Shown here one piece after another: positions 41,702 to 51,758 of a stretch of 64,000 bases of DNA (within the stretch, counting starts at the first letter, position 1; each line of letters starts with the position of its first letter). Source of the stretch: Desulfatiglandales bacterium (GTDB lineage: Bacteria; Desulfobacterota; DSM-4660; Desulfatiglandales; HGW-15); assembly GCA_963667015.2 (NCBI GenBank), contig CAXXJJ010000001.1, positions 2,720,001 through 2,784,000 of the forward strand, written 5' to 3'. A program made the translations under genes and the position numbers. Under the pieces are notes generated by a model. That model ran no database searches, was not told where the DNA came from, and saw nothing but the letters and a program-made list of their open reading frames with translations.

Positions 41702-42451
41702 ATGGATTTAGGCATAACTGATAAAATTGCACTGATAACAGGAAGTGCACGTGGTATTGGACGGTCGACGGCTGAAAAACTGGCAGAAGAAGGAGCCAAT
41801 ATAGTAATAACCGATATCAATAAAAAGCTGGCAGATGCCACTGCATCCGAAATTGCAGAAAAATATAAAGTGCGGACACTGTCACTTGAACATGATGTTT
41901 CCTCTGAAGAATCTACAAAGAATGTTATTAAGGCGGCAGTGGATCAATTCAAGAGAATAGATATACTTGTAAACAATGCAGGAATTACCAGAGATGCCCG
42001 TTTGATGATCATGAAAAAAGAGGACTGGCAGCTTGTACTGAACATAAATTTAACAGGCGCATTTTTCTGTACAAAGATTGTTTCCAAACAGATGTTAAAA
42101 CAGAGATCCGGTAATATAGTTAACATCGCCAGTGTTGTCGGGATTATGGGTAATATCGGACAGGCTAATTACTCCGCATCAAAAGCAGGTCTGATTGGTC
42201 TGACAAAGACTACTGCAAAGGAATTAGCCGAACGCGGTGTTACTGTGAACGCAATTGCGCCTGGGTATATTCATTCCGATATGACCGAAGAGGTTTCTGA
42301 AGAAGCCACTAAAAGAATGCTGGAAATGATCCCCATGAAAACATATGGGGTTCCGGAAGATGTGGCAAATGCTGTTCTGTTTTTAGTATCAAAACAGGCA
42401 AGATATATTACCGGCCAGGTTATTAATATCGACGGTGGGATGATCATGTAA
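41702..42451 (+). CDS. fabG: 3-oxoacyl-ACP reductase (SDR)
   Basis: TGSARGIG, NNAGITRD, GQANYSASKAG. Confidence 0.8.
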   Translation: MDLGITDKIALITGSARGIGRSTAEKLAEEGANIVITDINKKLADATASEIAEKYKVRTLSLEHDVSSEESTKNVIKAAVDQFKRIDILVNNAGITRDARLMIMKKEDWQLVLNINLTGAFFCTKIVSKQMLKQRSGNIVNIASVVGIMGNIGQANYSASKAGLIGLTKTTAKELAERGVTVNAIAPGYIHSDMTEEVSEEATKRMLEMIPMKTYGVPEDVANAVLFLVSKQARYITGQVINIDGGMIM

Positions 42452-42622
42452 AAGTGGATCTCCGGCAGGTTCAAATGGAAATGTCTTATTCTTTTTTCAA
42501 ATCATCCAACTTTTGTTATAATGTCAAATTAACACACAGAAATGGATGATTTGAAAATTCTTTTAAGTAGACTGTTTTTCCGGCAATAGAATAACTGAAG
42601 CTAATGCTGAAAGGGGAAGAAA

Positions 42623-43399
42623 ATGTCTGATACTAAAAAAACAAAAAGCTCAGCCGATACCTATGGAAATGCTGCTAATAAAATAAAAGAAGCTATTCTT
42701 TCAGGCAAGTTTAAAACCGGCAAAAAGTTACCTGGTCCTGCAGAACTTGCCAAGCGGTTTGGCGTGAGTAGATCTGAGATTAATGAAGGCATTAAGGTTT
42801 TGGTGTCCAATGGCTTTCTTGAAAAAAAGAAAGGCATCAGAGGAACCTTTGTGCGCAAGTTTTACAAGTTGCCCCTGATGGAAAATATCACCGATCTTGT
42901 CAGATACAGGCGAGTAAAGGTGGACGATCTCGCAAAGGCAAGGCTTCTTCTTGAACCCGAAGTCTGCAGGCTTGTAGCTCAAAAGGCATCTCCAAAAGCT
43001 CTTAAAGAGCTACAGGACCTTATTGATTCCTATGCTCATGTAAAAACAAGAGACGAACTGGATCCATTATATGCAAAGTTTCACAGAATAGTCGGCAGAT
43101 CCTGCGGGAATCAGATATACTCCATTATAATGGAAAATATAATGGATTTTACTGAGAGCTTCATCAGAACCATGAAACCTGTAACCACTATTATACATAA
43201 TGAAAGGGATCATGATGAAATCATGGAGGCCTTCAGGCAGAGAGATTCTGAAAAGGCTGCTGAGGTGGGAACAAGGCATGCGATGGATATTTTAAGGGAA
43301 ATGAAAAAGCTTGAAGATATCTATCTTGAATTGCTGGGAAGCAATATTCTGGATCCTTACCTTGAGGAGGGTAATGAAGAAGATACTTATGAGGAGTAA
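42623..43399 (+). CDS. GntR/FadR-family transcriptional regulator
   Basis: G.KLP...ELAKRFGVSR, GTFV, FCD-like ARLLLEP..FH. Confidence 0.85.
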   Translation: MSDTKKTKSSADTYGNAANKIKEAILSGKFKTGKKLPGPAELAKRFGVSRSEINEGIKVLVSNGFLEKKKGIRGTFVRKFYKLPLMENITDLVRYRRVKVDDLAKARLLLEPEVCRLVAQKASPKALKELQDLIDSYAHVKTRDELDPLYAKFHRIVGRSCGNQIYSIIMENIMDFTESFIRTMKPVTTIIHNERDHDEIMEAFRQRDSEKAAEVGTRHAMDILREMKKLEDIYLELLGSNILDPYLEEGNEEDTYEE

Positions 43400-43428
43400 A
43401 TCTGTCTGATATTTATTTTACATAAAAA

Positions 43429-43456
43429 AACGGGGTTAATCTGACCCCGTTCTTTT
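43429..43456 (+). terminator. Intrinsic terminator
   Basis: AACGGGGT-TAATCTG-ACCCCGTT followed by CTTTT. Confidence 0.6.
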
Positions 43457-43710
43457 CAACACTATTACATCGTGGAATAATACACTTTCATACTTCCTTC
43501 TTAATGCAGATTCTGGCTTAAAGCTGCCGCCCATTCCGGAAATAACCTGCCAGTGATTCTGGTTTAAACCTGCCACCCATTCCGGAAAATAGTTTACCAC
43601 TTTTTATAATATTTCCGGAATCCAAAAACTAACCCAAGCTCCATCCTTTTCCTATTAAAAATTGAACTAATATCTTCTCGAAAAAATAGATTTCGGAAGA
43701 GGAGATATTA

Positions 43711-45258
43711 ATGGGACGGAAGAGGATTAGCATGAAGAAAATTAGAGATATTATACGATTAAAAGAAACCGGTGACTTAAGTGAAAGAAAGATAGCTAAA
43801 GCACTTGATATATCCAGGCCGGTAGTTTCTCAGTATATTAGTGATTTCAGATCATGTGGGCTTACATATGAAAGTGTCAAAACTATTCCTGACAGCCAAC
43901 TTCTAGAAAAGCTTCAAAGCAAGAAGATAAAAAAGTCTGCAAAATATGAGGCCCTTGCCAGTAAGTTTCCCTGGTTTGTAGAAGAGCTCAAAAGAACCGG
44001 GGTAACCCTGTTGACACTATGGGAAGAGTACCAAAAAGAGCATCCTGACGGTTACAGTTATTCCCAGTTCTGTTATCATTTTCAGGTATGGAAGAATGCA
44101 TCTAAACTCACCATGCATATCGACCATAAAGCAGGGGATAAGATGTTTGTTGACTATGCAGGTAATAAGCTCTCAACCGTTGATCGGAAAACCGGTGAGA
44201 TTATCCCTGTGGAAGTATTTGTGGCTATCCTCGGCGCCAGCCAGTTAACCTATGTTGAAGCATCTAAAAGCCAGAGAACCGAAGACTGGATCAGGTCCAA
44301 TGAGAACGCATTCCTGTACTTTGGGGGTGTCACTCAAGCTATTGTGCCGGATAACCTCAAGTCCGGTGTGACCAGCAGCAACAAGTATGAACCCAAAATA
44401 AATTTTATGTTTGAGGATTTTGCAGACCACTACAATACTGTTGTCCTCCCCGCACGTGTTCGTAAACCACAGGATAAGGCACTTGTAGAAAATGCCGTAA
44501 GACTAATCTACCAGAGGATATATGCTCCACTCAGAAACAAGACTTTTTTCTCCCTGGAAGAACTTAATGAGTCTATTTGGGAGTTACTTAAAAAACATAA
44601 CAACACTCATTTTCAACGTCTAAAAGCTTCCAGAAGAGAGCTATTTGAAAGGATAGAGAAAGAAATCCTCAAGCCTCTTCCCAAAGAAAAATATACTATA
44701 AAAGAGTGCAAGGAACTTACAGTCCAGTTTAATTATCATATCGAACTGAGAGAAGATTATCATTATTACAGCGTGCCATGGCAGCTAAAAGGAAAGCGTG
44801 TCCGTGTCATATACGACGAAAGGAATGTAGCCATATATTATGATAATGTAAGAATCGTCCAGCATCGCAGAGATTACACTCCAAATGACTATACAACGCT
44901 TCACACACATATGCCGCCTGAACACAGGCATCATGCAACATGGGACTCCGACCGTTTCATTCGGTGGGCGAAGTCCATTGGCAATAACACAGAAGACGTA
45001 ATTAAAAATGTTTTAAAAAGCCGAAAACACCCTGAACAGGCTTTTAAAGCCTGTATGGGTATCCTTAATCTTGTTAAAAAATATGGATCAGAAAGACTGG
45101 ATAAGGCTTGTGCAAGAGCCCTTCACTTTGGATTTTTTTCTTATAAACGGATAAAAAATATACTCGATAGAGGCTTGGAAAAAGACACTCTTACTGAGCA
45201 GAAAGAACTTTTTATAGCTTCCCATAAAAATCTTCGTGGAAGTGGGTATTATAAATAA
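43711..45258 (+). CDS. istA: IS21 transposase
   Basis: GYSYSQFC, FVDYAG, IVPDNLKSGV, KPQDKALVE, HYYSVP. Confidence 0.93.
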   Translation: MGRKRISMKKIRDIIRLKETGDLSERKIAKALDISRPVVSQYISDFRSCGLTYESVKTIPDSQLLEKLQSKKIKKSAKYEALASKFPWFVEELKRTGVTLLTLWEEYQKEHPDGYSYSQFCYHFQVWKNASKLTMHIDHKAGDKMFVDYAGNKLSTVDRKTGEIIPVEVFVAILGASQLTYVEASKSQRTEDWIRSNENAFLYFGGVTQAIVPDNLKSGVTSSNKYEPKINFMFEDFADHYNTVVLPARVRKPQDKALVENAVRLIYQRIYAPLRNKTFFSLEELNESIWELLKKHNNTHFQRLKASRRELFERIEKEILKPLPKEKYTIKECKELTVQFNYHIELREDYHYYSVPWQLKGKRVRVIYDERNVAIYYDNVRIVQHRRDYTPNDYTTLHTHMPPEHRHHATWDSDRFIRWAKSIGNNTEDVIKNVLKSRKHPEQAFKACMGILNLVKKYGSERLDKACARALHFGFFSYKRIKNILDRGLEKDTLTEQKELFIASHKNLRGSGYYK

Positions 45259-45269
45259 AGGAGATAAAC

Positions 45270-46007
45270 ATGAATAATAATCAGGCAACATTACAAAAAC
45301 TAAATCAAATGAAACTCTATGGTATGGCAAGAGCATATACCACCTCTATGGAGGTTGGCGGTAAAAACCAGTTCACTTTAGATGAGTTACTTTCTCACCT
45401 GGTAGATGCTGAGTGGGATGACCGTCATAATAGAAAACTAACACGTCTCTTAAAAGGAGCAAGGTTTCGGTATAATGCCTCTTTTGAAGAGATTGACTTC
45501 TCATTAGACAGGGAACTCGATAAAAACAAAATGCTTCGGCTTTCAACCTGCCAATGGATAGAATCCCATCAAGATTGTATCCTGACAGGCCCAACGGGTG
45601 CCGGAAAAAGTTTTATCGCTTCAGCTTTAGGACACCAGGCTTGTATGCATGGTTTTAAAGTACTTTATTATTCTTCTTCAAAAATGTTTTCTCATTTAAA
45701 ATTTTCCAAGGCTGATGGCAGTTATCTCAAAGAGCTTAATAAAATATTAAAAATGGATGTCCTTATTTTGGATGACTTTGGAGTTGAACCCCTTGATGCC
45801 AAAAGCCGGCTTTCTCTTTTGGAAATACTGGAGGATCGTCATGGACGGCGATCATCCATTTTTGTTTCTCAACTGCCAGTCTGCGACTGGCACCAAATTA
45901 TAGGTGATCCAACTATTGCTGATGCTATTTGTGACCGGATCATTCATAATGCTCATAGAATAGAATTAAAAGGAGATTCTTTAAGAAAAAAATACTCAAA
46001 TATTTGA
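45270..46007 (+). CDS. istB: IS21 helper ATPase
   Basis: GPTGAGKS, LILDDFG, ADAICDRIIH. Confidence 0.93.
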   Translation: MNNNQATLQKLNQMKLYGMARAYTTSMEVGGKNQFTLDELLSHLVDAEWDDRHNRKLTRLLKGARFRYNASFEEIDFSLDRELDKNKMLRLSTCQWIESHQDCILTGPTGAGKSFIASALGHQACMHGFKVLYYSSSKMFSHLKFSKADGSYLKELNKILKMDVLILDDFGVEPLDAKSRLSLLEILEDRHGRRSSIFVSQLPVCDWHQIIGDPTIADAICDRIIHNAHRIELKGDSLRKKYSNI

Positions 46008-46130
46008 CGCAAACCTGCCACTTTTGGTATTGCTGTCAAATAGGAATTGGATGGGGTGTTGAGTGGCAACTTATTTCCGGAATCAGTGGCAGTTTTTCCC
46101 GGAATCTGCATTAACTTCAGATAAAACCTT

Positions 46131-47345
46131 TTATAAGGCAAGCACCTTTTCTGCAAGTTCCTGACCGCGGTCATAGGCCAGTTTCTTATCATCTTCGTCC
46201 GGGGCTCCCTGAAACTCGACCGGTTCCAGGAAGTCCCATTTCAGGTTTTTTGTCAGTTCATCCAGTTGTTTTTGTGCGCCACCCGACCAGCCAAAAGAGC
46301 CGAATCTGAAAACCTTTTTATTCTTGACGTGACTCCTGTCAAAGATATCCAGGACATGGGCCATGGGGGGAAACATTCTGTATTCATAGGTAGGCATCCC
46401 AAGGACAAGACCGGCGGATTTCCAGGCAGATGCCAGGACATAGGATGCATGCTCCTGCGGCACCCTGTGCATCGTAATGGGGACGTTTTTACTCTCGATA
46501 CCTTTTAGTACATGTTCAAGAAGCTGTTCGGTGTTGCCGTACATGCTGGACCAGATAACAGCGATCTCTTTTTCTGCCGGACCGTTCATATAGCCGGTAA
46601 ATTTCTGATAACGTTCAATTATTTCACCCGGGTTTTTCCGGTAGATGATACCGTGGGAAGGGGCGACTACATTTATTTTAAAACCTGCGAATTTCTGTAT
46701 CGCCTTCTCAACAGCAAAGGAAAATGTTGAAACGATATTCGAATAATAGCGGAGTGATTCGTCATAAAAAAAATTTTTCTCTTCCTCCGATAGCTGATCA
46801 TCGAATGCGGCATCCTTTACGCTTCCGAAAGAACCAAATGCATCGCATGAAAACAGGACACCGGAATGCACTTCATAGGTCATCATGGTTTCCGGCCAGT
46901 GCACATTGGGTGTTTCTTCAAACTGTATCACAAGGTTTTTACCCAGATCCAGTGTTTCGCCGGATTCTATAGCATGGAGATTATTTTCAATTCCATAAAA
47001 CGCTTTGAAAAGGGGCACGGCTTTTTTAGTGGTAAAGATCTTTAACTCTGTGTTCTGCTGAATGAATTCTTTCATCCAACCAGTGTGGTCGGGTTCCATA
47101 TGGTTGACAATGAGATAATCAATATCGGACATGGCAACTGAAATCGAATCCAACTGGTCCTTCATTTTTACAGGGGCACCTTCCCAGTCTTTAACCAGGT
47201 CAATTAATGCTATTTTATCTCCGGTCACCAGATAGGAGTTAAGCGATACACCGTCGGGAATCGGCCAGATTCCTTCGAACAGATCTGCATTTTCAATATT
47301 CGCACTTATTCTATATATGTTTTCGGCTATTCTAACAGCTTGCAT
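46131..47345 (-). CDS. fprA: Flavodiiron protein (FprA family)
   Basis: NHMEPDH, HWPETM, SCDAFG, APSHG, flavodoxin SMYGNT. Start moved to ATG 47345 after GGAG. Confidence 0.9.
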   Translation of the reverse strand: MQAVRIAENIYRISANIENADLFEGIWPIPDGVSLNSYLVTGDKIALIDLVKDWEGAPVKMKDQLDSISVAMSDIDYLIVNHMEPDHTGWMKEFIQQNTELKIFTTKKAVPLFKAFYGIENNLHAIESGETLDLGKNLVIQFEETPNVHWPETMMTYEVHSGVLFSCDAFGSFGSVKDAAFDDQLSEEEKNFFYDESLRYYSNIVSTFSFAVEKAIQKFAGFKINVVAPSHGIIYRKNPGEIIERYQKFTGYMNGPAEKEIAVIWSSMYGNTEQLLEHVLKGIESKNVPITMHRVPQEHASYVLASAWKSAGLVLGMPTYEYRMFPPMAHVLDIFDRSHVKNKKVFRFGSFGWSGGAQKQLDELTKNLKWDFLEPVEFQGAPDEDDKKLAYDRGQELAEKVLAL

Positions 47346-47593
47346 GAAATACTCCTTTCCTTTCAATATATAATGATAAATAGGCACTAAAAATGGATTT
47401 ACATGTATACACATTCTACATTTTTAAGGTATCTTATAAATAATAAAGCATAAACCGGAAATCTACCAGTGATAAATAAAAAGACAAAGATATTTCCTTC
47501 TTTTCTTTGAAACACGTGTATGTTACATAAAATTATATAAAATATTACTAAGCTAACAGGAGCCTCCCTGGCTCTTTAAATTGAGATGATAAA

Positions 47594-48904
47594 ATGGAAA
47601 GATTCCTTATTATAGCGTTTTCAGCAGCTGTTGGGACCGTTTTTTTTATATGGTTTTCACGGGCTGTTAAAAATAAGCCATCCATGCGCGAATATATCTT
47701 GTCACACCAGTGGCTGCTTCACCCAAATTCAATCTGCTACTGGCGAACAGCCATGGCAATCCTTGGTTTTGTTCTGTATTTTTATAGTACCAGCCAGCCC
47801 TATCAGGCTATTGCCATATTTATCTTTACTTTTGCGGCCATCCTTGATGGAGTGGACGGCGTAGTGGCAAGGGGGTGCAATTTAGGGTCTCGCTGGGGTG
47901 AGTGGCTGGATCCCATGTGTGATAAACTGACCTATCTGCCCCCATTGATTGGATTTGCATATACCGATATGCTTTCTATAAAACTGGTCTGGATACTGAC
48001 ATTTATTGAATTTGTAGGCCAGTTCTTTGCACGAAAAATACTTGGCTGGCTCGGATATTCGGGGGCGGCCAACAATTTTGGCAAGATAAAGGCAATTATC
48101 TGCTTCGCTCTTGTTATACTGTGTGCCCTGATGGATAAAAACCCGGGACTGATCAACGCCGGACATGCCAACAGTATCCTTATGGCCTGTATTGTCCTGT
48201 CATCGGCATCCGTTGTCTTCAAGTTTATCCCCAACCGTCTCTATGCAGATATCCTCTCGGGGCTTAACTTTATCTGCGGTGTGACCAGTCTTGTCATGAC
48301 ATATAATCATCATTTTGTCTGGGCCATCTGTGTCATCATAATGGGTCAGCTTTTTGATCTGTTTGACGGACGTATGGCATTAAAACATGGCGGAACCAGG
48401 GTTGGTCCATATATGGATGATATTGCTGATTTTGTCAGCTTTGGTCTGGCGCCCGCCTATGTGGTTGTGCAAAAAGGAGGTTTTCTGGCATGGTATATCG
48501 CTGTAGTCTTTATTCTCGCTGTGGCCTTCCGTCTCATTCGGTTTGTTGCAAAGGATAAAAAGCGGACTGATCTGCCAGCGGGTATATTCAACGGGCTCCC
48601 CAGTCCTGCAGGCGCTTTGATTGTTCTGGGTGCGTCTCTTGTCTCAACACAGGGAATATTGTGGGGGCTTACCGGTGTCTCTGTTGCCCTCATGGTGAGT
48701 CATATCAGGTTTGCCCATTTTGGGCGGGTTATCCTTAAGCAGATTCCCAAGCCGGTTTTCTTTGTTTTCAGTGCAGCAGTTATTGTCACCCTATCTTATA
48801 TTTTAAAGACAAGAAGTGTTCAGATGTTTGGATATCTGATCCTGGGGGCAATTCTGGTCTATATAATTACAGGAATTTTAGTGGGGAAAAGAGCTACCCT
48901 ATAA
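47594..48904 (+). CDS. Tandem two-domain CDP-alcohol phosphatidyltransferase
   Basis: Two signatures, DGVDGVVAR..G..LDPMCD and DLFDGRMA..G..MDDIAD; second domain has a PssA-like FNGLPSP. Confidence 0.82.
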   Translation: MERFLIIAFSAAVGTVFFIWFSRAVKNKPSMREYILSHQWLLHPNSICYWRTAMAILGFVLYFYSTSQPYQAIAIFIFTFAAILDGVDGVVARGCNLGSRWGEWLDPMCDKLTYLPPLIGFAYTDMLSIKLVWILTFIEFVGQFFARKILGWLGYSGAANNFGKIKAIICFALVILCALMDKNPGLINAGHANSILMACIVLSSASVVFKFIPNRLYADILSGLNFICGVTSLVMTYNHHFVWAICVIIMGQLFDLFDGRMALKHGGTRVGPYMDDIADFVSFGLAPAYVVVQKGGFLAWYIAVVFILAVAFRLIRFVAKDKKRTDLPAGIFNGLPSPAGALIVLGASLVSTQGILWGLTGVSVALMVSHIRFAHFGRVILKQIPKPVFFVFSAAVIVTLSYILKTRSVQMFGYLILGAILVYIITGILVGKRATL

Positions 48905-49192
48905 GCCTTTCAATATACTCCTAAAGAAAACTTTCACCACATGTAAGACCTTTCAGGGATCTTTATTCGTATTCATACATTTAGGCCTGTAATGTTTGAC
49001 AGGTTTTTACTCATCCTGCACCTGTTTTAATGATGCGTGCCACGTCCATCTATCGGTAAATCCGAATGTATTTATGAATTCTATTAAATAAACCAATTTG
49101 ACACAATTCCCAGCCCCGTAGTATGAATTTAATTACATTTCTATTGCGGGGATCTGAATGGTACATGGTTTATCAGCAAAGAGAGCAAGAAC

Positions 49193-50059
49193 ATGAAAGA
49201 CAATAAAAAACATAATGAAAATCACCTGAGCAGGAGAGATTTTCTCACAACTGCTGCAAGTGCTGCAGTGGCAACTGCTATTCCTTATGCACTCTCAGCT
49301 AAAGAATTTAAACAGAACACTCTCCAGGTATGGTCATGCGGAGGGCTGGCTGAAGCCTTTATACCTGCTAATAAAAGGTTTAAGGAAAAAACAGGAGTTG
49401 AAATTGCCTATACCGGGGCATTTGCCGCTGCGCTGGGCAAATCCCTCCTCGGGAGTGCAACGACTGAAGTTTTTGCCGGCAGGGTACTGGATCTTGCAAA
49501 AAAATTGCGGGGTGCAGATAAAATGGTCTCATTTAAGCCCCTGTGCTTTACCAGTTATCTACTTGTTACGCCAAAGGGAAACCCTGCAGGAATAACCGGA
49601 ATAGAGGACATTACCAAACCTGGGGTAAGGGTTATTCTTTCACCGGACGCATCTCCTCCCGGGGGTTCTGCAGTAACCGGACTTTTAAAGAAAGCGGGAG
49701 TTGTAGAAGGAGCCATGAAGAATTGTGTCATAAAAAGCAGCTGCGTGCAGCGTGCAATGAAGGACCTGATTTCAGGCAGGGGCGATGTCTCTGTTGTTGA
49801 AAAGAGAGTTACCCGGATGAAGATGTTTGAGGATAAATTCGAGATTATTACAATTCCCGATAAATTTTTCCCACCGCCTCCGCTCACATTTACAATAGGT
49901 ATGATGAAGGATGCAAGAGACCCCGAACTGGCTGACTGCTATATTGATTTTATCCGCAGTGAAGAGGGACAGGGTTTTTTCGAAGCTGCCGGATTTATAC
50001 CTGCGATATCAGATGAAGGCAGGAATCTAACCGAAAAACTGGGGGTAAAAGATGTCTGA
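49193..50059 (+). CDS. Tat-exported ModA-fold substrate-binding-like protein with Cys residues
   Basis: SRRDFL twin-arginine signal; LVTPKGNPAGI..IEDI..PGV and FI.SEEGQ.FF...GF patterns; WSCGG, LCF, SCVQ. Confidence 0.72.
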   Translation: MKDNKKHNENHLSRRDFLTTAASAAVATAIPYALSAKEFKQNTLQVWSCGGLAEAFIPANKRFKEKTGVEIAYTGAFAAALGKSLLGSATTEVFAGRVLDLAKKLRGADKMVSFKPLCFTSYLLVTPKGNPAGITGIEDITKPGVRVILSPDASPPGGSAVTGLLKKAGVVEGAMKNCVIKSSCVQRAMKDLISGRGDVSVVEKRVTRMKMFEDKFEIITIPDKFFPPPPLTFTIGMMKDARDPELADCYIDFIRSEEGQGFFEAAGFIPAISDEGRNLTEKLGVKDV

Positions 50060-50855
50060 TTCTGGTCAAACTGTAATACAGGAAAAAATACTGACAAATA
50101 AAAAAGAAGTTTCCGGATCTTTTGTGTGGTGGAGGCGATTAACCCAGCTGATAATTTTAGGAGTAATGGGGCAATGGTCATTCTACGGAATCTTCAGATG
50201 CCCGTTTATTGTCCCATATGTAAGCTGTCAGAATTGCCCGGTCGTTACCTGTCATGGCAGGCTTTTTACAATGTTCTGGGGATTCTGGCTCCTGCTACCT
50301 GTTTCGGTAATCCTGTTCGGAAGGGCCTTTTGCGGATGGGCATGTCCCGGTGGACTTATTAACCAGTTATTTGGGTTGGCCGCGCCATTAAAACTAAGGT
50401 TCAGGAATGCCTTAACCTCCATCCTTCCATATTTCAAATATATCGCCCTGCTGCTCGCGCTGTATGCCTATTTTATAATGATGCAGCCAAGGGTGGCTGT
50501 GCCCATACGTATCGGTGATTTTTTCAATTCAGTATCTCTTACCTTTGAACATGCCGACCTGATATGGATTGTAAGAACTTTTATAGTGCTGGGGCTACTT
50601 GCTTCAGGTCTCATTGTCGCGAATGCATGGTGCAGATTTGCCTGCCCGATCGGGGGCATACTCGATGCCTTTAAAAACATATCTGTTTTCAGGGTATATA
50701 TGACAGATGCATGCAATGACTGTAACAAATGCCTTAATGTATGCCATATGGGAACGCGTCCGGCTGAGAAAAACTGTACAAACTGCTGTGACTGTATATC
50801 TGTATGTCCTCAGGATGCTATAAAAACAGGACACAGAAAAAGACGAAAGAGATAA
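50052..50855 (+). CDS. Membrane polyferredoxin (NapH/MauN-like)
   Basis: GRAFCGWACP, WCRFACP, CNDCNKC..VC, CTNCCDC...CP. Confidence 0.82.
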   Translation: MSDSGQTVIQEKILTNKKEVSGSFVWWRRLTQLIILGVMGQWSFYGIFRCPFIVPYVSCQNCPVVTCHGRLFTMFWGFWLLLPVSVILFGRAFCGWACPGGLINQLFGLAAPLKLRFRNALTSILPYFKYIALLLALYAYFIMMQPRVAVPIRIGDFFNSVSLTFEHADLIWIVRTFIVLGLLASGLIVANAWCRFACPIGGILDAFKNISVFRVYMTDACNDCNKCLNVCHMGTRPAEKNCTNCCDCISVCPQDAIKTGHRKRRKR

Positions 50856-51628
50856 CGAACAATAATCAACCAGAACCTGGTATTCACCCATGCTTTTATT
50901 CGGAAGCGAAAAACAGGTATGGAATAATTCATCTCCCTGTGGCCTCAGAATGCAATATACAGTGTGCATACTGCAGGCTTGATTATGATTGTTTATATGA
51001 AAACAGGCCAGGAGTAACAAAAGGGGTGATCAGCCCGGAACAGGCCCTGGAGCGATTGAAGAGAAAAATTGAGCGGATGCCAAATATTTCGGTGGCGGGA
51101 GTCGCCGGTCCAGGAGATGCATTTGCCGACCCTGAACTTACATTGAATACATTTGAACTCATTCGGAGTAAAAATCCCCGGATCGCCCTGTGTGTGTCCA
51201 CTAATGGCTTGAACATTGGAGATTATATCATGCGGCTTGCTGAACTGGACGTAAGATACGTCACTATAACAATAAATACCCTTAATCCTGTAACCGGTGC
51301 CCTTCTATACAAGTGGGTGAATATCGGTGATGCCAGGTTATATGGTGCTGAAGGTGCAAAAATCCTGATAGAAAAGCAGCTACATTTATACCTCAGATGC
51401 ATCACTGCGGCCGGTGCAGGCCTGGTATTTGATATCAGGGGAAGCCTGACCGCAATTACAGTAATGCTGATCATATTTATTGCTGTCATGGGTTACGGTA
51501 TCTCAATGGGGCTGGATATAGATTGCGGATGCTTCGGCTCCGGGGATACTGAGGTAAAGGCATATCACGGACTGAGAACAAAACTTTACAGAGATATTAT
51601 CCTACTCTCAGGCACTGCTGCTAACTAA
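50852..51628 (+). pseudogene. Chimera: NifB-like radical SAM N-terminus joined to a MauE/DoxX C-terminus
   Basis: HPCF..HLPVA..CNIQCAYC...ENRPGVT, AGPGD, STNG up to EKQL, then GLDIDCGCFG. The expected ATGA start overlap reads ATAA. Confidence 0.7.
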
Positions 51629-51665
51629 TAGGCTACAATCTAAATGCCTTCAGTCTGTTTTTATT

Positions 51666-51694
51666 TTGACACTCAAGGGTAATATCCCTATACT
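51666..51694 (+). promoter_or_regulatory. Sigma-70 promoter
   Basis: TTGACA-17 nt-TATACT. Confidence 0.65.
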
Positions 51695-51758
51695 CAATTC
51701 CCAAAAAAATATATTCCTTTCAACTCAAGTTAACCAACCAGGTAAAAGGAGATCTCTT

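Larger units (their letters stand above)
43505..46110 (+). mobile_element. IS21-family insertion sequence (about 2.6 kb)
   Basis: Ends TGCAGATTC...GAATCTGCA, reiterated ATTCCGG/CTGCCA subterminal repeats, TTAA on both flanks, istA-istB inside. Confidence 0.92.

Noticed and set aside
43505..43620. Short reiterated repeats resembling a mini CRISPR array
   Set aside because: They are IS21 subterminal repeats mirrored at the right end; no unique spacers or cas genes.
50804..51628. nifB as evidence of nitrogen fixation
   Set aside because: Truncated chimera lacking a good start; no other nif genes in the window.
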